Positions 34,996-44,895 of a stretch of 64,000 nucleotides of DNA are shown here, piece by piece. The stretch lies in contig CAVOFX010000002.1 in assembly GCA_963695115.1 (NCBI GenBank), forward strand, positions 70,964 to 134,963. Reading direction: 5' to 3'. The notes beneath the pieces are model-generated. The model saw only the letters and a list, made by a program, of their open reading frames with translations, searched no databases and had not been told where the DNA came from. Within the stretch, counting starts at the first letter, position 1; each line of letters opens with the position of its first letter. This DNA is from an uncultured Microthrixaceae bacterium (GTDB taxonomy: Bacteria; Actinomycetota; Acidimicrobiia; Acidimicrobiales; CAVOFX01). The position numbers were made by a program, and so were the translations under genes.

Positions 34996-35132
34996 AATGC
35001 CGATGTCAAGAGTTCCTTGTGGGTTCAGCAGCAGCGCTGATGAGAGGAAGGTGACGGTGTTGAGCACCCCATCCGGCCCGGGTCGTCGCCGGAGCTGCCT
35101 CACCGCTCCGGGTGGGCGGGAGGCTGGGTAAG

Positions 35133-35162
35133 GCGTGGCGCGGCTCCACCTGGTGCGACACG
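35133..35162 (+). repeat. right copy of direct repeat (functional start of the histidine-phosphatase gene)
   Basis: See 33669..33698. Contains the GTG at 35135. Confidence 0.85.
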
Positions 35163-35683
35163 GCCGTGCGGAGGCGGGCTTCGGGTCGCACACCGATCCG
35201 GGTCTGGACGAGGTCGGCCGGTGCCAGGCCGCCGAGCTGGCCCGGGAGCTCCATTCCGTCGGACCGCTCCCGGTCGTCGCCTCGCCCCTGCGTCGCACCC
35301 GCGAGACTGCCGCACCGCTCGAGGAGCGGTGGGGTGAGCAGGCCAGGATCGAGCATCGGGTGGCCGAGATCCCGACCCCCACAGACGACCTGGCCGAGCG
35401 GGTGGCCTGGCTCCGGACAGCGCTCGCCGCGCGGTGGTCCGACCTCGATGCCGCCCGGATCGAGTGGCGGGACGCGCTCGTCGAGTACCTGCTGTCGCTT
35501 CGTCAGGACACGGTCGTCGTCACCCACTTCGTCGCCATCAACGTCGTGATCGGCAACGCCCGCAACGACGACGCGGTGGTCCAGGAGATGCTCGGCAACT
35601 GCTCCTGCACGGTCGTCGAGCAGGCGCCAGGGGGGTTCACGGTGCTAGAGATGGGGCGAACCGAGCGGACCGACGTCGGGTGA
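35135..35683 (+). CDS. histidine phosphatase family protein (phosphoglycerate-mutase-like)
   Basis: Track ORF of 182 aa. RHG motif is MARLHLVRHGRAEAG, with a downstream ASPLRRTRETA. Confidence 0.85.
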   Translation: MARLHLVRHGRAEAGFGSHTDPGLDEVGRCQAAELARELHSVGPLPVVASPLRRTRETAAPLEERWGEQARIEHRVAEIPTPTDDLAERVAWLRTALAARWSDLDAARIEWRDALVEYLLSLRQDTVVVTHFVAINVVIGNARNDDAVVQEMLGNCSCTVVEQAPGGFTVLEMGRTERTDVG

Positions 35684-35747
35684 GGGCGGAGCCCCCACCG
35701 GGAACGATCCCCCCATCCGACGGCCCGGCCGACCACACTTCATCTTC

Positions 35748-36062
35748 GTGCCCGAGATCTCCCTGAACGACGCAGACCTGCGGGTGCTGCACCGCCTCCG
35801 CACCGAGCTCGACGCGTTCGATCTGGGCATGACCGACGTCCCTGCCCTCATCGAGATGATCTCGGGCCTGCTGGACCAGTTCGAGGATCTCCCCCCGTCG
35901 ATCGCCGAGGAGCTCCGCACCGTCTGGTGGCCGGTGCAGTACGCCCTGGCCCTGAGCCGCGACGAGGATCGTCGGCTCAGCGAAGAGGAGGAGATCGGCG
36001 CCCGTGATGCCGTTGCGCTGCTCCAGAGGGAGCTGGCGAACGTCGAGGTCAACGAGGGCTGA
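35748..36062 (+). CDS. hypothetical small acidic protein
   Basis: Track ORF of 104 aa with non-repetitive composition and good third-position GC. No recognised domain. Confidence 0.5.
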   Translation: MPEISLNDADLRVLHRLRTELDAFDLGMTDVPALIEMISGLLDQFEDLPPSIAEELRTVWWPVQYALALSRDEDRRLSEEEEIGARDAVALLQRELANVEVNEG

Positions 36063-36112
36063 ATCGCTCCCGCGGTCTGGCGCGGCGTGTCCGAAGCGTC
36101 CAGCATGGTGCG

Positions 36113-37407
<1,295 letters not shown>

Positions 37408-37411
<4 letters not shown>

Positions 37412-38544
37412 CCACCTGGAGCGAGTGGGTCGCCGACGAGTGCGCCGAGGTGCGTGAGCGGGGGCGTTGGCGGGCGCCGCGCCGGTTCGACGCCGCCGGA
37501 CCGGTCGGCCGGCTGGAGGGGGAGGAGCCGCCTGCGCCGCGCGAGGTCGTCTCCTTCGCATCCAACGACTACCTGGGCTTGACCCAGCACCCCGAGGTGA
37601 AGGCAGCGGCCGTGGCCGCGGTCGAGCGATGGGGGGCGGGCGCCGGGGCCGCGCGGCTCGTGGTCGGGTCCCGACCGGTCCACCACGACCTGGAGGAGGC
37701 CCTGGCCGAGTGGAAGCGAACGGAGCGGGCCGTCCTCTTCCCCACGGGCTACGCGGCCAACCTCGGGGTGCTCGCCACCTTCGGGGCCGCAGGCGTGACC
37801 ATCCTCTCCGACGAGCTGAACCACGCCTCGATCGTCGACGGCTGCCGCTTGGCAGCTGCGGAGGTGAGCGTGTTCCGCCACCGCGACCTGGAGCACCTCG
37901 AGCGGCTGCTCCGATCCGCCGGCCGGGCGTTCGTGGTGACGGACGCGGTGTTCTCGATGGACGGGGACCTCGCGGAGGTGGAGGAGCTCGTCGAGCTCTG
38001 TGGCCGGCACGGCGCGCTCCTGATGCTGGACGAGGCCCACTCGGTGCTCGGACCGGAACCGCATCTGGACGGGGCCGACGTGTTGCGCGTCGGCACTCTC
38101 TCGAAGGCGCTCGGCTCGCTGGGTGGCTTCGTGGCGGCACCCACCTCCTTCTGTCAGCTCGTCGAGAACCGGGCCCGGCCGTACATCTTCACGACCGCAT
38201 CGAGCCCGGCGGAGAGCGCGGCCGCGCTCGCGGCGCTTCGGGTGCTCCGGTCGGCCGAAGGCGAGCGGCTGAAGGAGAGGCTGAGGGAGAACGTCGACCT
38301 GCTGGCTCCCGGCCATCCCTCGCCGATCCTCCCGGTGCTGGTCGGAGCGGAGGCGAGCGCAGTTGCCGCCTCGAGCCGGCTGCTGGAGCGGGGGCTGCTG
38401 GTGCCGGCGATCAGGCCGCCCACGGTCCCTTCGGGCACGAGCCGCCTGCGCGTCGCGCTCTCCGCGGCTCACGAGCCGAGTCAGGTGAGGGCACTCGCCG
38501 TCGCACTGGCCGAGCTCGACCTCGAGGTGTGCCGTGCGTCCTGA
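37408..38544 (+). CDS. bioF: 8-amino-7-oxononanoate synthase
   Basis: Track ORF 36889..38544 trimmed to the GTG that overlaps the bioA stop (GTGA). Motifs FASNDYLGL, SDELNHASIVDG, DEAHSVLG and GTLSKALGSLGG. Confidence 0.9.
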
Positions 38545-39166
38545 GACCGTGGTGCTCGTGGTGGGCACCGGGACCGAGGTGGGCAAGACCTGGGTGGCGG
38601 CGCACCTGCTGCGCCGCCTCCGGCAGGAGGGGGTCGCCGTCGCGGCGGCGAAGCCGGTGCAGTCGTTCTCACCGGGCGGCGGAGCGACGGACGCGGAGCT
38701 CCTCGCCGCGGCCACGGGTCAGGCTCCGGCGGAGGTGTGCCCGCTCGAGCGGTGGTACCCGTTGCCGATGGCCCCTCCCATCGCCGCGGAGGAGCTCGGC
38801 CTCGACCCCTTCGGCGTCACCGAGCTGGTCGAGGAGATCGTGTGGCCGGACGGCACCCGGGTCGGGGTGGTGGAGGCGGCGGGAGGTGTGCGATCGCCGA
38901 TCGCCGCCGACGGCGACCCGGTCGAGCTCGCCCGAAGGCTGGAGCCGGACGCCGTGCTGCTGGTCGCCGACGCGGACCTCGGTACGATCAACGCCGTCCG
39001 GCTCTCGGCCTCGGCTCTGGAGCCGTTGGCGGTGACCGTGGTCCTGAACAGGTACGCGAGCGAGGATGCCGTGCACGAGCGAAACCGGAGCTGGCTCATG
39101 GATCGCGACGGGCTGGACGTGGTCGTGGGCGTCGAGGAGCTGGCGGGAAGGTTCGTCGGTAGGTGA
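38534..39166 (+). CDS. bioD: dethiobiotin synthase
   Basis: Track ORF of 210 aa. P-loop is VVGTGTEVGKTWVAA; also VVEAAGGVRSP. It overlaps the bioF 3' end. Confidence 0.88.
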   Translation: MRPETVVLVVGTGTEVGKTWVAAHLLRRLRQEGVAVAAAKPVQSFSPGGGATDAELLAAATGQAPAEVCPLERWYPLPMAPPIAAEELGLDPFGVTELVEEIVWPDGTRVGVVEAAGGVRSPIAADGDPVELARRLEPDAVLLVADADLGTINAVRLSASALEPLAVTVVLNRYASEDAVHERNRSWLMDRDGLDVVVGVEELAGRFVGR

Positions 39167-40431
39167 AGCCGCTCACGGGAGCGGCAAGGGGGAGAGAAGG
39201 CTTGAGGAGGAAGGCGGGTTTGCGAGGACTGGTGCTGCCCGTGCTCGTCGTCGGTCTGCTGGCGTCGGGCTGCGGCGATGAGAGCGAGCCGGTCACCGAG
39301 GGCACGATCCGGAGCGAGGCCGACACCACCACGACCGATGGCACCTCGGCGACCGAGCCGGGCGACGCCTCCTCGGTCGGGTCGCAGGGAGTCGCGCTGA
39401 CGCTCGTGGCGGAGCTGGAGGAGCTCACCGCGATGGCGGTGAACCCCGGGACCGGCGAGCTGTACGTGGCCGAGCGGGCCGGACGGGTCCGACGGATCGA
39501 TCCGCAGAGCGGTGAGGTGCTCGGACAGGCCGTGGACATCAGCGACGAGGTCTCGACGGACGTCGAGCGCGGCCTGCTCGGCGTGGACGTCTCTGCGGAG
39601 GGCGTGATGTACCTCAGCTACACGGACCTCGAGGGCGACACCCGCCTGCACGCCGTCGAGCTGGACGGTGACGGCAACGCGGAGATGGAGAGCCGACGGG
39701 AGCTGCTCACCGTCGACCAGCCCTTCGGCAACCACAACGGGGGTGACGTCCACATCGGGCCCGACGGGCACCTCTACCTGGGTCTGGGCGACGGCGGAGG
39801 CGGGGGCGATCCGCTCGGGAGCGGCCAGGACCCCTCCACCCTCCTCGGCACGATCCTGCGGATCGATCCGACCGGAGGAGATCCGTACTCGGTGCCCGAC
39901 GACAACCCGTTCGCGGACGGCGAGGGCGGGGCCCCGGAGGTGTGGTTGTACGGGGTGCGGAACCCGTGGCGGTTCAGCTGGGACCGCGAGAGCGGCGATC
40001 TGTGGATCGCCGACGTGGGACAGGACACCTGGGAGGAGATCGACCTCCTGCCGGGCCCCGACGCGGGACGGGGAGCGAACCTGGGATGGGCGGAGATGGA
40101 GGGCCTGGAGCCTTTCGAGGGGGGCTCCGAGCCTGTGGACCACACCCCGCCGGTCCACGTCTACGGCCGTGACCGGGGCTGCACGGTGATCGGCGGCTAC
40201 GTGTACCGGGGGGCGAAGCTCGCCTCCCTCGACGGCGCGTACATCTACGGCGACTACTGCGAAGGCCAGCTGCTGGCGCTGAGGGTCGACGGCGGAGAGG
40301 TGGTGGAGACGCTCGACCTCGGCCTCAACGTCGGGTCCACGCAGCTGGTGTCGTTCGGCCAGGATCTCGAGGGAGAGCTGTACGTCCTCACGCAGGGCGG
40401 GCTGCTGTACCGGCTGGACCCCGAGGTCTGA
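39163..40431 (+). CDS. PQQ-dependent sugar dehydrogenase-like beta-propeller lipoprotein (soluble glucose/sorbosone dehydrogenase family)
   Basis: Track ORF of 422 aa. Lipobox is LVVGLLASGC. Motifs QPFGNHNGGDVHIGPDGHLYLGLGDGGGGGDP, LLGTILRIDP and LYGVRNPWRFSWD. The GTG at 39163 overlaps the bioD stop. An alternative TTG start at 39202 is preceded by GGGGGAGAGAAGG. Confidence 0.8.
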   Translation: MKPLTGAARGREGLRRKAGLRGLVLPVLVVGLLASGCGDESEPVTEGTIRSEADTTTTDGTSATEPGDASSVGSQGVALTLVAELEELTAMAVNPGTGELYVAERAGRVRRIDPQSGEVLGQAVDISDEVSTDVERGLLGVDVSAEGVMYLSYTDLEGDTRLHAVELDGDGNAEMESRRELLTVDQPFGNHNGGDVHIGPDGHLYLGLGDGGGGGDPLGSGQDPSTLLGTILRIDPTGGDPYSVPDDNPFADGEGGAPEVWLYGVRNPWRFSWDRESGDLWIADVGQDTWEEIDLLPGPDAGRGANLGWAEMEGLEPFEGGSEPVDHTPPVHVYGRDRGCTVIGGYVYRGAKLASLDGAYIYGDYCEGQLLALRVDGGEVVETLDLGLNVGSTQLVSFGQDLEGELYVLTQGGLLYRLDPEV

Positions 40432-40447
40432 CAGACTCCGGCCTCGC

Positions 40448-40846
40448 GTGCACACCCCCGTCCCCCTCGCCGCGGGCCTCTTCCTCCTGGAGCTCCACGA
40501 GGAGTTCGCGTGGTTCGTCGTGATCGGGAACGGCCTGGCCGGGGCCTGGGCGCTCGCCGCTCACCGATGGTCCCCGTTGAGGGTGCGCGCGCTCTGGTGG
40601 TTCACCCTCCTGGCCGAGCTCGCGGTCTTCGTCCAGGTCGCCCTGGGAGTGGCGCTGGTGGCCGGGGAGGGCCTGAAGGCACCGCAGTTCCACATGTTCT
40701 ACGGGTTCGTCTCCATCATCGCCGTGGGGATCATCTACAGCTACCGGGCCCAGCTAGAGCGCTGGCGCTACCTCCTCTACGGAGGAGGGGGGCTGTTCCT
40801 GATGGGGCTGGCCATCAGGGCGATGATCGTCGGCGCTCGGGTCTGA
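40448..40846 (+). CDS. hypothetical membrane protein (4 predicted TM helices)
   Basis: Track ORF of 132 aa with hydrophobic helices throughout. No recognised domain. Confidence 0.55.
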   Translation: MHTPVPLAAGLFLLELHEEFAWFVVIGNGLAGAWALAAHRWSPLRVRALWWFTLLAELAVFVQVALGVALVAGEGLKAPQFHMFYGFVSIIAVGIIYSYRAQLERWRYLLYGGGGLFLMGLAIRAMIVGARV

Positions 40847-40864
40847 GAGAGGCGCGCGAGCAGG

Positions 40865-41098
40865 TCAGAGGTTGACGACCGGGCAGGTGAGGGTGCGGGT
40901 GATCCCCTCGATCGATTGCACCCGGCTCACCACCATCCGGCCGAGGTCGTCCACGCTGTCGGCCTCTGCCCTGGCGATGACGTCGTAGGGGCCGGTGACG
41001 TCGTCGGCCGCGGTGATCCCGTCTATCGAGCTGATGGACCGCGCCACGTCTGCAGCTCTCCCCACCTCGGTCTGGATCAGGATGTAGGCGTGCACCAC
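40865..41098 (-). CDS. stand-alone Lrp/AsnC ligand-binding (RAM) domain protein
   Basis: Track ORF of 77 aa. MVHAYILIQTEVGRAADVARSISSIDGITAADDVTGPYDVIARAEADSVDDLGRMVVSRVQSIEGITRTLT has the typical RAM-domain pattern. No HTH is present. Confidence 0.8.
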   Translation of the reverse strand: MVHAYILIQTEVGRAADVARSISSIDGITAADDVTGPYDVIARAEADSVDDLGRMVVSRVQSIEGITRTLTCPVVNL

Positions 41099-41154
41099 TG
41101 CCGCCGAGTGTAGGGCAGCGCAGGGCCGCCGCCCCCGGGGCGACCGCTCCGCTT

Positions 41155-42807
41155 CTACATGACGGCCCGTATGCCCAGGTCGGCGAAGCCCTTGTCGACG
41201 TGGTTCTGCTCGAACAGGTCACGGAGCTTGTGCGCCTGGCGGTCGTAGGCATCGGGTTCGTCCCACGTGTTGCGCGGGTTGAGGATCTCGTCGGGGACCC
41301 CGGGACAGGACTTCGGCATCCTGAGGCCGAAGACCGGGTGCCGCTCGGTCTCGACGTCGTCGAGAGCACCTTCGAGCGCGGCGTCGAGGAGGGCGCGCGT
41401 GTGCCGGATCGAGATCCGCTTGCCGACACCGTGAGGCCCACCCGACCAGCCCGTGTTGAGCAGGATGCACCGCGTCCGGTGCTCCTTCATCTTCTCCGCG
41501 AGGAGCGATGCGTACACAGAGGGGGGCTGCGACATGAACGGAGCGCCGAAGCAGGCGCTGAAGGTGGCCTTGGGCTCGGTGATCCCGACCTCGGTGCCTG
41601 CCAGCTTCGAGGTGAAGCCGGTCACGAAGTGGTACATGACCTCGTCCCCGTCGAGGATCGAGACCGGCGGGAGCACGCCGAACGCGTCCGCGGTGAGCAG
41701 GACGATCGTCGCGGGGTGAGGGCCCCGGGCTCCGGCGGCGACGTTCGGGTTGCAGGACAGCGGGTAGGCGAACCGGGTGTTCTCCGTGATCGAGCCGTCC
41801 GTGAGGTCGAGCTCTTGAGGGTCGGTCTCCGAGAGCGGGCGGTCGGGCAGCGGGGGGACGTTCTCGACGAGGGTCCCCTTCATCGAGAGCGCTGACGCGA
41901 TGACCGGCTCTGCCTCCTTGTCGAGGTCGATGAGCTTGGCGTAGCAGCCGTCCTCGAGGTTGGCGACGCCGTGCTCGGTCCAGATGTGCTCGTCGTCGCC
42001 GACCAGCCGACGGTTCGGATCGGCGGAGAGGGTGGTCTTCCCCGTGCCCGAGAGCCCGAACAGCACGGCGGCATCGTCCTGGTCGCCGATGTTGGCCGAG
42101 CAGTGCATGGAGAGGCAGCCCTTGGAGGGCAGGACGAAGTTCATCACCGTGAACATGGTCTTCTTCACCACGCCGCAGTAGTCCGCGCGACCGAGCACCA
42201 GGCCGATCCGGTTCTTCATGTCGACGATCACCGCTCTCTCCGAGAGCGTGCCGTCGCGCTCGGGGTCGCAGCGGAACGAGGGGACGTTCAGCATGGTCCA
42301 CCCGGTCTCGGCCCGATCGGAGTCGTCGCGGACCCCGTGGGGGAACATGATGTTGGCGAAGTAGGCGTGCGTCGCGTACTCGCCCACGAAGCGGTACGGG
42401 ACGGCGAACTCCGGATCCCAACCGCAGAAGACATCGCTGACGTACAGCGTCGCCTGCCGGTCGTTGAGGTGTTCGGTGACCCGGGGGAGGAGCTCGGTGT
42501 AGTGGCCGGGATCGAACCTCTTGAAGTCGTCCTTCCACCAGATGTAGCCGTCGACCTCGGGCCACGCCACGGCGAAGGTGTCCTGCACGGGCCTGCCGGT
42601 GCAGCTGGGGTCCGAGTAGTACACGAGAGGGCCCTCGGCACCCAGGGCCGTCGCGAACGCCTTCTGGTCGTCGTCGGGGCCGTCGGGTCGGACCCGGCCC
42701 CGGTCGTTCGCGATGGCCTCGGCGAAGAGCTCGTCTTGGGAGAGCTCGTAGTGGAGGTCGACGTTCTTCAGACCGAGGAGGTCTTCCAGCTCGGACGCAA
42801 CGGTCAT
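41155..42807 (-). CDS. pckA: phosphoenolpyruvate carboxykinase (ATP)
   Basis: Track ORF of 550 aa. The kinase-1a loop is FGLSGTGKTTLS; also ...GCYAKLIDL... and ...LLNTGWSGGPHGVGKRISI, typical of the ATP-dependent class. Confidence 0.92.
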   Translation of the reverse strand: MTVASELEDLLGLKNVDLHYELSQDELFAEAIANDRGRVRPDGPDDDQKAFATALGAEGPLVYYSDPSCTGRPVQDTFAVAWPEVDGYIWWKDDFKRFDPGHYTELLPRVTEHLNDRQATLYVSDVFCGWDPEFAVPYRFVGEYATHAYFANIMFPHGVRDDSDRAETGWTMLNVPSFRCDPERDGTLSERAVIVDMKNRIGLVLGRADYCGVVKKTMFTVMNFVLPSKGCLSMHCSANIGDQDDAAVLFGLSGTGKTTLSADPNRRLVGDDEHIWTEHGVANLEDGCYAKLIDLDKEAEPVIASALSMKGTLVENVPPLPDRPLSETDPQELDLTDGSITENTRFAYPLSCNPNVAAGARGPHPATIVLLTADAFGVLPPVSILDGDEVMYHFVTGFTSKLAGTEVGITEPKATFSACFGAPFMSQPPSVYASLLAEKMKEHRTRCILLNTGWSGGPHGVGKRISIRHTRALLDAALEGALDDVETERHPVFGLRMPKSCPGVPDEILNPRNTWDEPDAYDRQAHKLRDLFEQNHVDKGFADLGIRAVM

Positions 42808-42925
42808 CTCGACTCCTTTGTCGATCAGACGGCGACCCTCGGCCGCACCGAGCGGCCTGGCAAGGGGGCCCCGGGAGGATCGACGCTACCAAAGCCTCCG
42901 GCAGATCATCGACCCCCCGGCGCCC

Positions 42926-43162
42926 CTACAGGGTGTCGGGGGGGAGCTCGGGCGTGCCCATGTCGATCTCCGATCCCACGCCGAGGCCGGTGGCGCACCC
43001 CTCGGCGTCGAGGCTGAAGACGACCCTCTGACCCGGCCGGAGGGTGCGGAACAGCGAGCCCTCGAGCGCGTCGGAGGCGAGCTCGTGGTCGGCGAGGTGG
43101 ACGTCGTCGACGACCACGCCGTCGCCCGAGACCGGGTCGTAGGTCTTGATCACGCCCTGCAT
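42926..43162 (-). CDS. small cold-shock-domain-like OB-fold protein (hypothetical)
   Basis: Tail of track ORF 42926..43330 from MQGVIKTYDPVSGDGVVVDDVHLADHELASDALEGSLFRTLRPGQRVVFSLD, which resembles a CSD-like pattern. Confidence 0.55.
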   Translation of the reverse strand: MQGVIKTYDPVSGDGVVVDDVHLADHELASDALEGSLFRTLRPGQRVVFSLDAEGCATGLGVGSEIDMGTPELPPDTL

Positions 43163-43238
43163 CGAGCGGCAGCGTACCGGGGTGTCTGCGCGTCGGCCAG
43201 CTCCGGTCGGGCCTGTCCGATAAGTAGCATCCGGGGGG

Positions 43239-44895
43239 ATGCAGGTGCTCGACACCCTCGGTCCGAGCGAGCTCCGGAAGGCGATGGCCGGATACCGGGA
43301 CGCGCTGAGAGCCCACCAGCAGCCGCTCAACCGCCTGAACGTCTACCCGGTCCCCGACGGGGACACCGGCACCAACATGGCGCTGACCGTCGAGTCGGTG
43401 CTGTCCGAGCTCGAGGGTGCGGGCGAGGACATGGCCTCCACGTGCAAGGCGGTGAGCCACGGATCGCTGATGGGAGCGCGAGGGAACTCGGGGGTGATCC
43501 TCTCCCAGATCCTGCGGGGGCTCACGGCGGTCTTCAGCGGCGTCGGCGTCGCGGATGCACGCACCACCGCGGAGGCCTTCACGGCGGCTGCCGAGGCTGC
43601 GTACCAGGCAGTGATGAAGCCGGTGGAGGGCACGATCCTCACGGTCGTGCGCGAGTCGTCGGCGGTCGGGGCCGCGCGCTGCCGACGGGTGCTCCCTGCT
43701 CGAGCTCCTGGAGGCGACTCGCGAGGAAGCGGAGGCGAGCCTCTTCCGGACCCCCGATCTGCTGGCAGCGCTGAAGGAGGCCGGTGTGGTCGACGCGGGT
43801 GGCGCCGGGTACGTCCTGTTGCTCGACGCGCTGCTCCACGTGGTCGATGGCAGGCCCCTCCCGGAGCCGGTGGAGGGGGAGGGGATCGTCCTCGAGGGCG
43901 CGCTCGGGGTGGTCACCGCGAACGACCGGGCCGGAGCCGATTCGGTCTCGGACCTCCGGTACGAGGTGATGTACTTCCTCGAGGCTCCCGACGAGACCAT
44001 CGCGGCGTTCCGTGACGTGTGGGCAGGGATCGGCGACTCGATAGTCGTCGTAGGGGGAGAGGGCCTCTGGAACTGCCACATCCACACGAACGACATCGGT
44101 GCCGCAGTGGAGGCCGCTCTCGACGTCGGCCGGCCCAGCCAGATCCGGGTCAGCGATCTGCAGCAGCAGGTGGAGGAGGAGCGCTGGGTCCGGGAAGGCA
44201 GCGGCGGCTTCGACGTGTTCGACCATGCACACGAGCCGGTTCGGTGCGCGGTCGTGGCGGTCGCCACGGGTGACGGCGTCATGGGGATCTTCCACTCGCT
44301 CGGAGTCCAGGGGATCGTCCCGGGTGGCCAGTCGATGAACCCCTCGACCGCCCAGCTGGTCGCAGCGGTCGAGGCTGTGCCCGCCGACGAGGTGGTGGTC
44401 CTCCCCAACAACAAGAACATCATCCCGGTCGCCGAACAGGTCGACGCCGAGACGACCAAGACCGTCCGGGTGGTGCCCACGCGCAGCATCGTCGAGGGCT
44501 TCGCGTGCCTGCTCTCTTACGACCCCGAGGCTTCCGCCGAGCAGAACGCCACGGACATGGAGAGCGCTTCGTTCGCCGTCGTCTCCGGTGACGTCTGCCA
44601 GGCGATCCGTGACTCGACCTGCGAGATCGGGCCGATCCGGGAGGGCGACTACATGGGTATGGGTCCCGGCGGGATCCGAAGCGTCAACGCGGACCTCGGA
44701 GAGGCCTCGGTGCGACTGCTCGACAACCTCATCGACGAGGAGCACGAGATCGTCACGATCATCGAGGGGGAGGGGGCGACCGACGCGGTGACGCGGCACA
44801 TCACGATCTGGCTCTCGGAGCACCGACCCGGCGTCGGCGTCGAGGTCCACAAGGGGGGACAGCCGCTGTACCCGTACCTCTTCGGGATCGAGTAG
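43239..44895 (+). pseudogene. DAK2-domain fusion protein (YloV family), one apparent frameshift near 43670-43685
   Basis: Track ORF 43239..44015 is protein-like up to ...GTILTVVRESSAVGAA (with YPVPDGDTGTNMALT and GARGNSGVILSQ). It continues in the frame of track ORF 43786..44895 (own extension: ADGCSLLELLEATREEAEASLFRTPDLLAALKEAGVVDAGGAGYVLLLDA...). It lies directly upstream of recG, as in many Gram-positive bacteria. Confidence 0.8.

Noticed and set aside
33669-35162. The direct-repeat-flanked segment as an IS element, transposon, integron cassette or prophage remnant
   Set aside because: I found no transposase, integrase or recombinase ORF in any frame, no terminal inverted repeats and no attC-like structure. 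It is therefore reported only as an insertion of unknown mechanism.
38719-40455. 578-aa minus-strand ORF antisense to bioD and the PQQ-type dehydrogenase
   Set aside because: Same reasoning: it has no domain-like sequence, its composition is typical of an out-of-frame GC-rich translation, and it is fully covered by well-supported plus-strand genes.
43226-43241. Small hairpin GCATCC-GGGG-GGATGC covering the Shine-Dalgarno-like G-run and ATG of the DAK2 gene as a translational switch
   Set aside because: The stem is only 6 bp, which is easily produced by chance at this GC content. There is no supporting conservation information.
42906-44850. Minus-strand ORFs 42906..44489 (527 aa) and 43639..44850 (403 aa) antisense to the DAK2/YloV gene
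   Set aside because: They have low-complexity Arg/Pro/Ser-rich translations, and the opposite strand carries clear DAK2 motifs.
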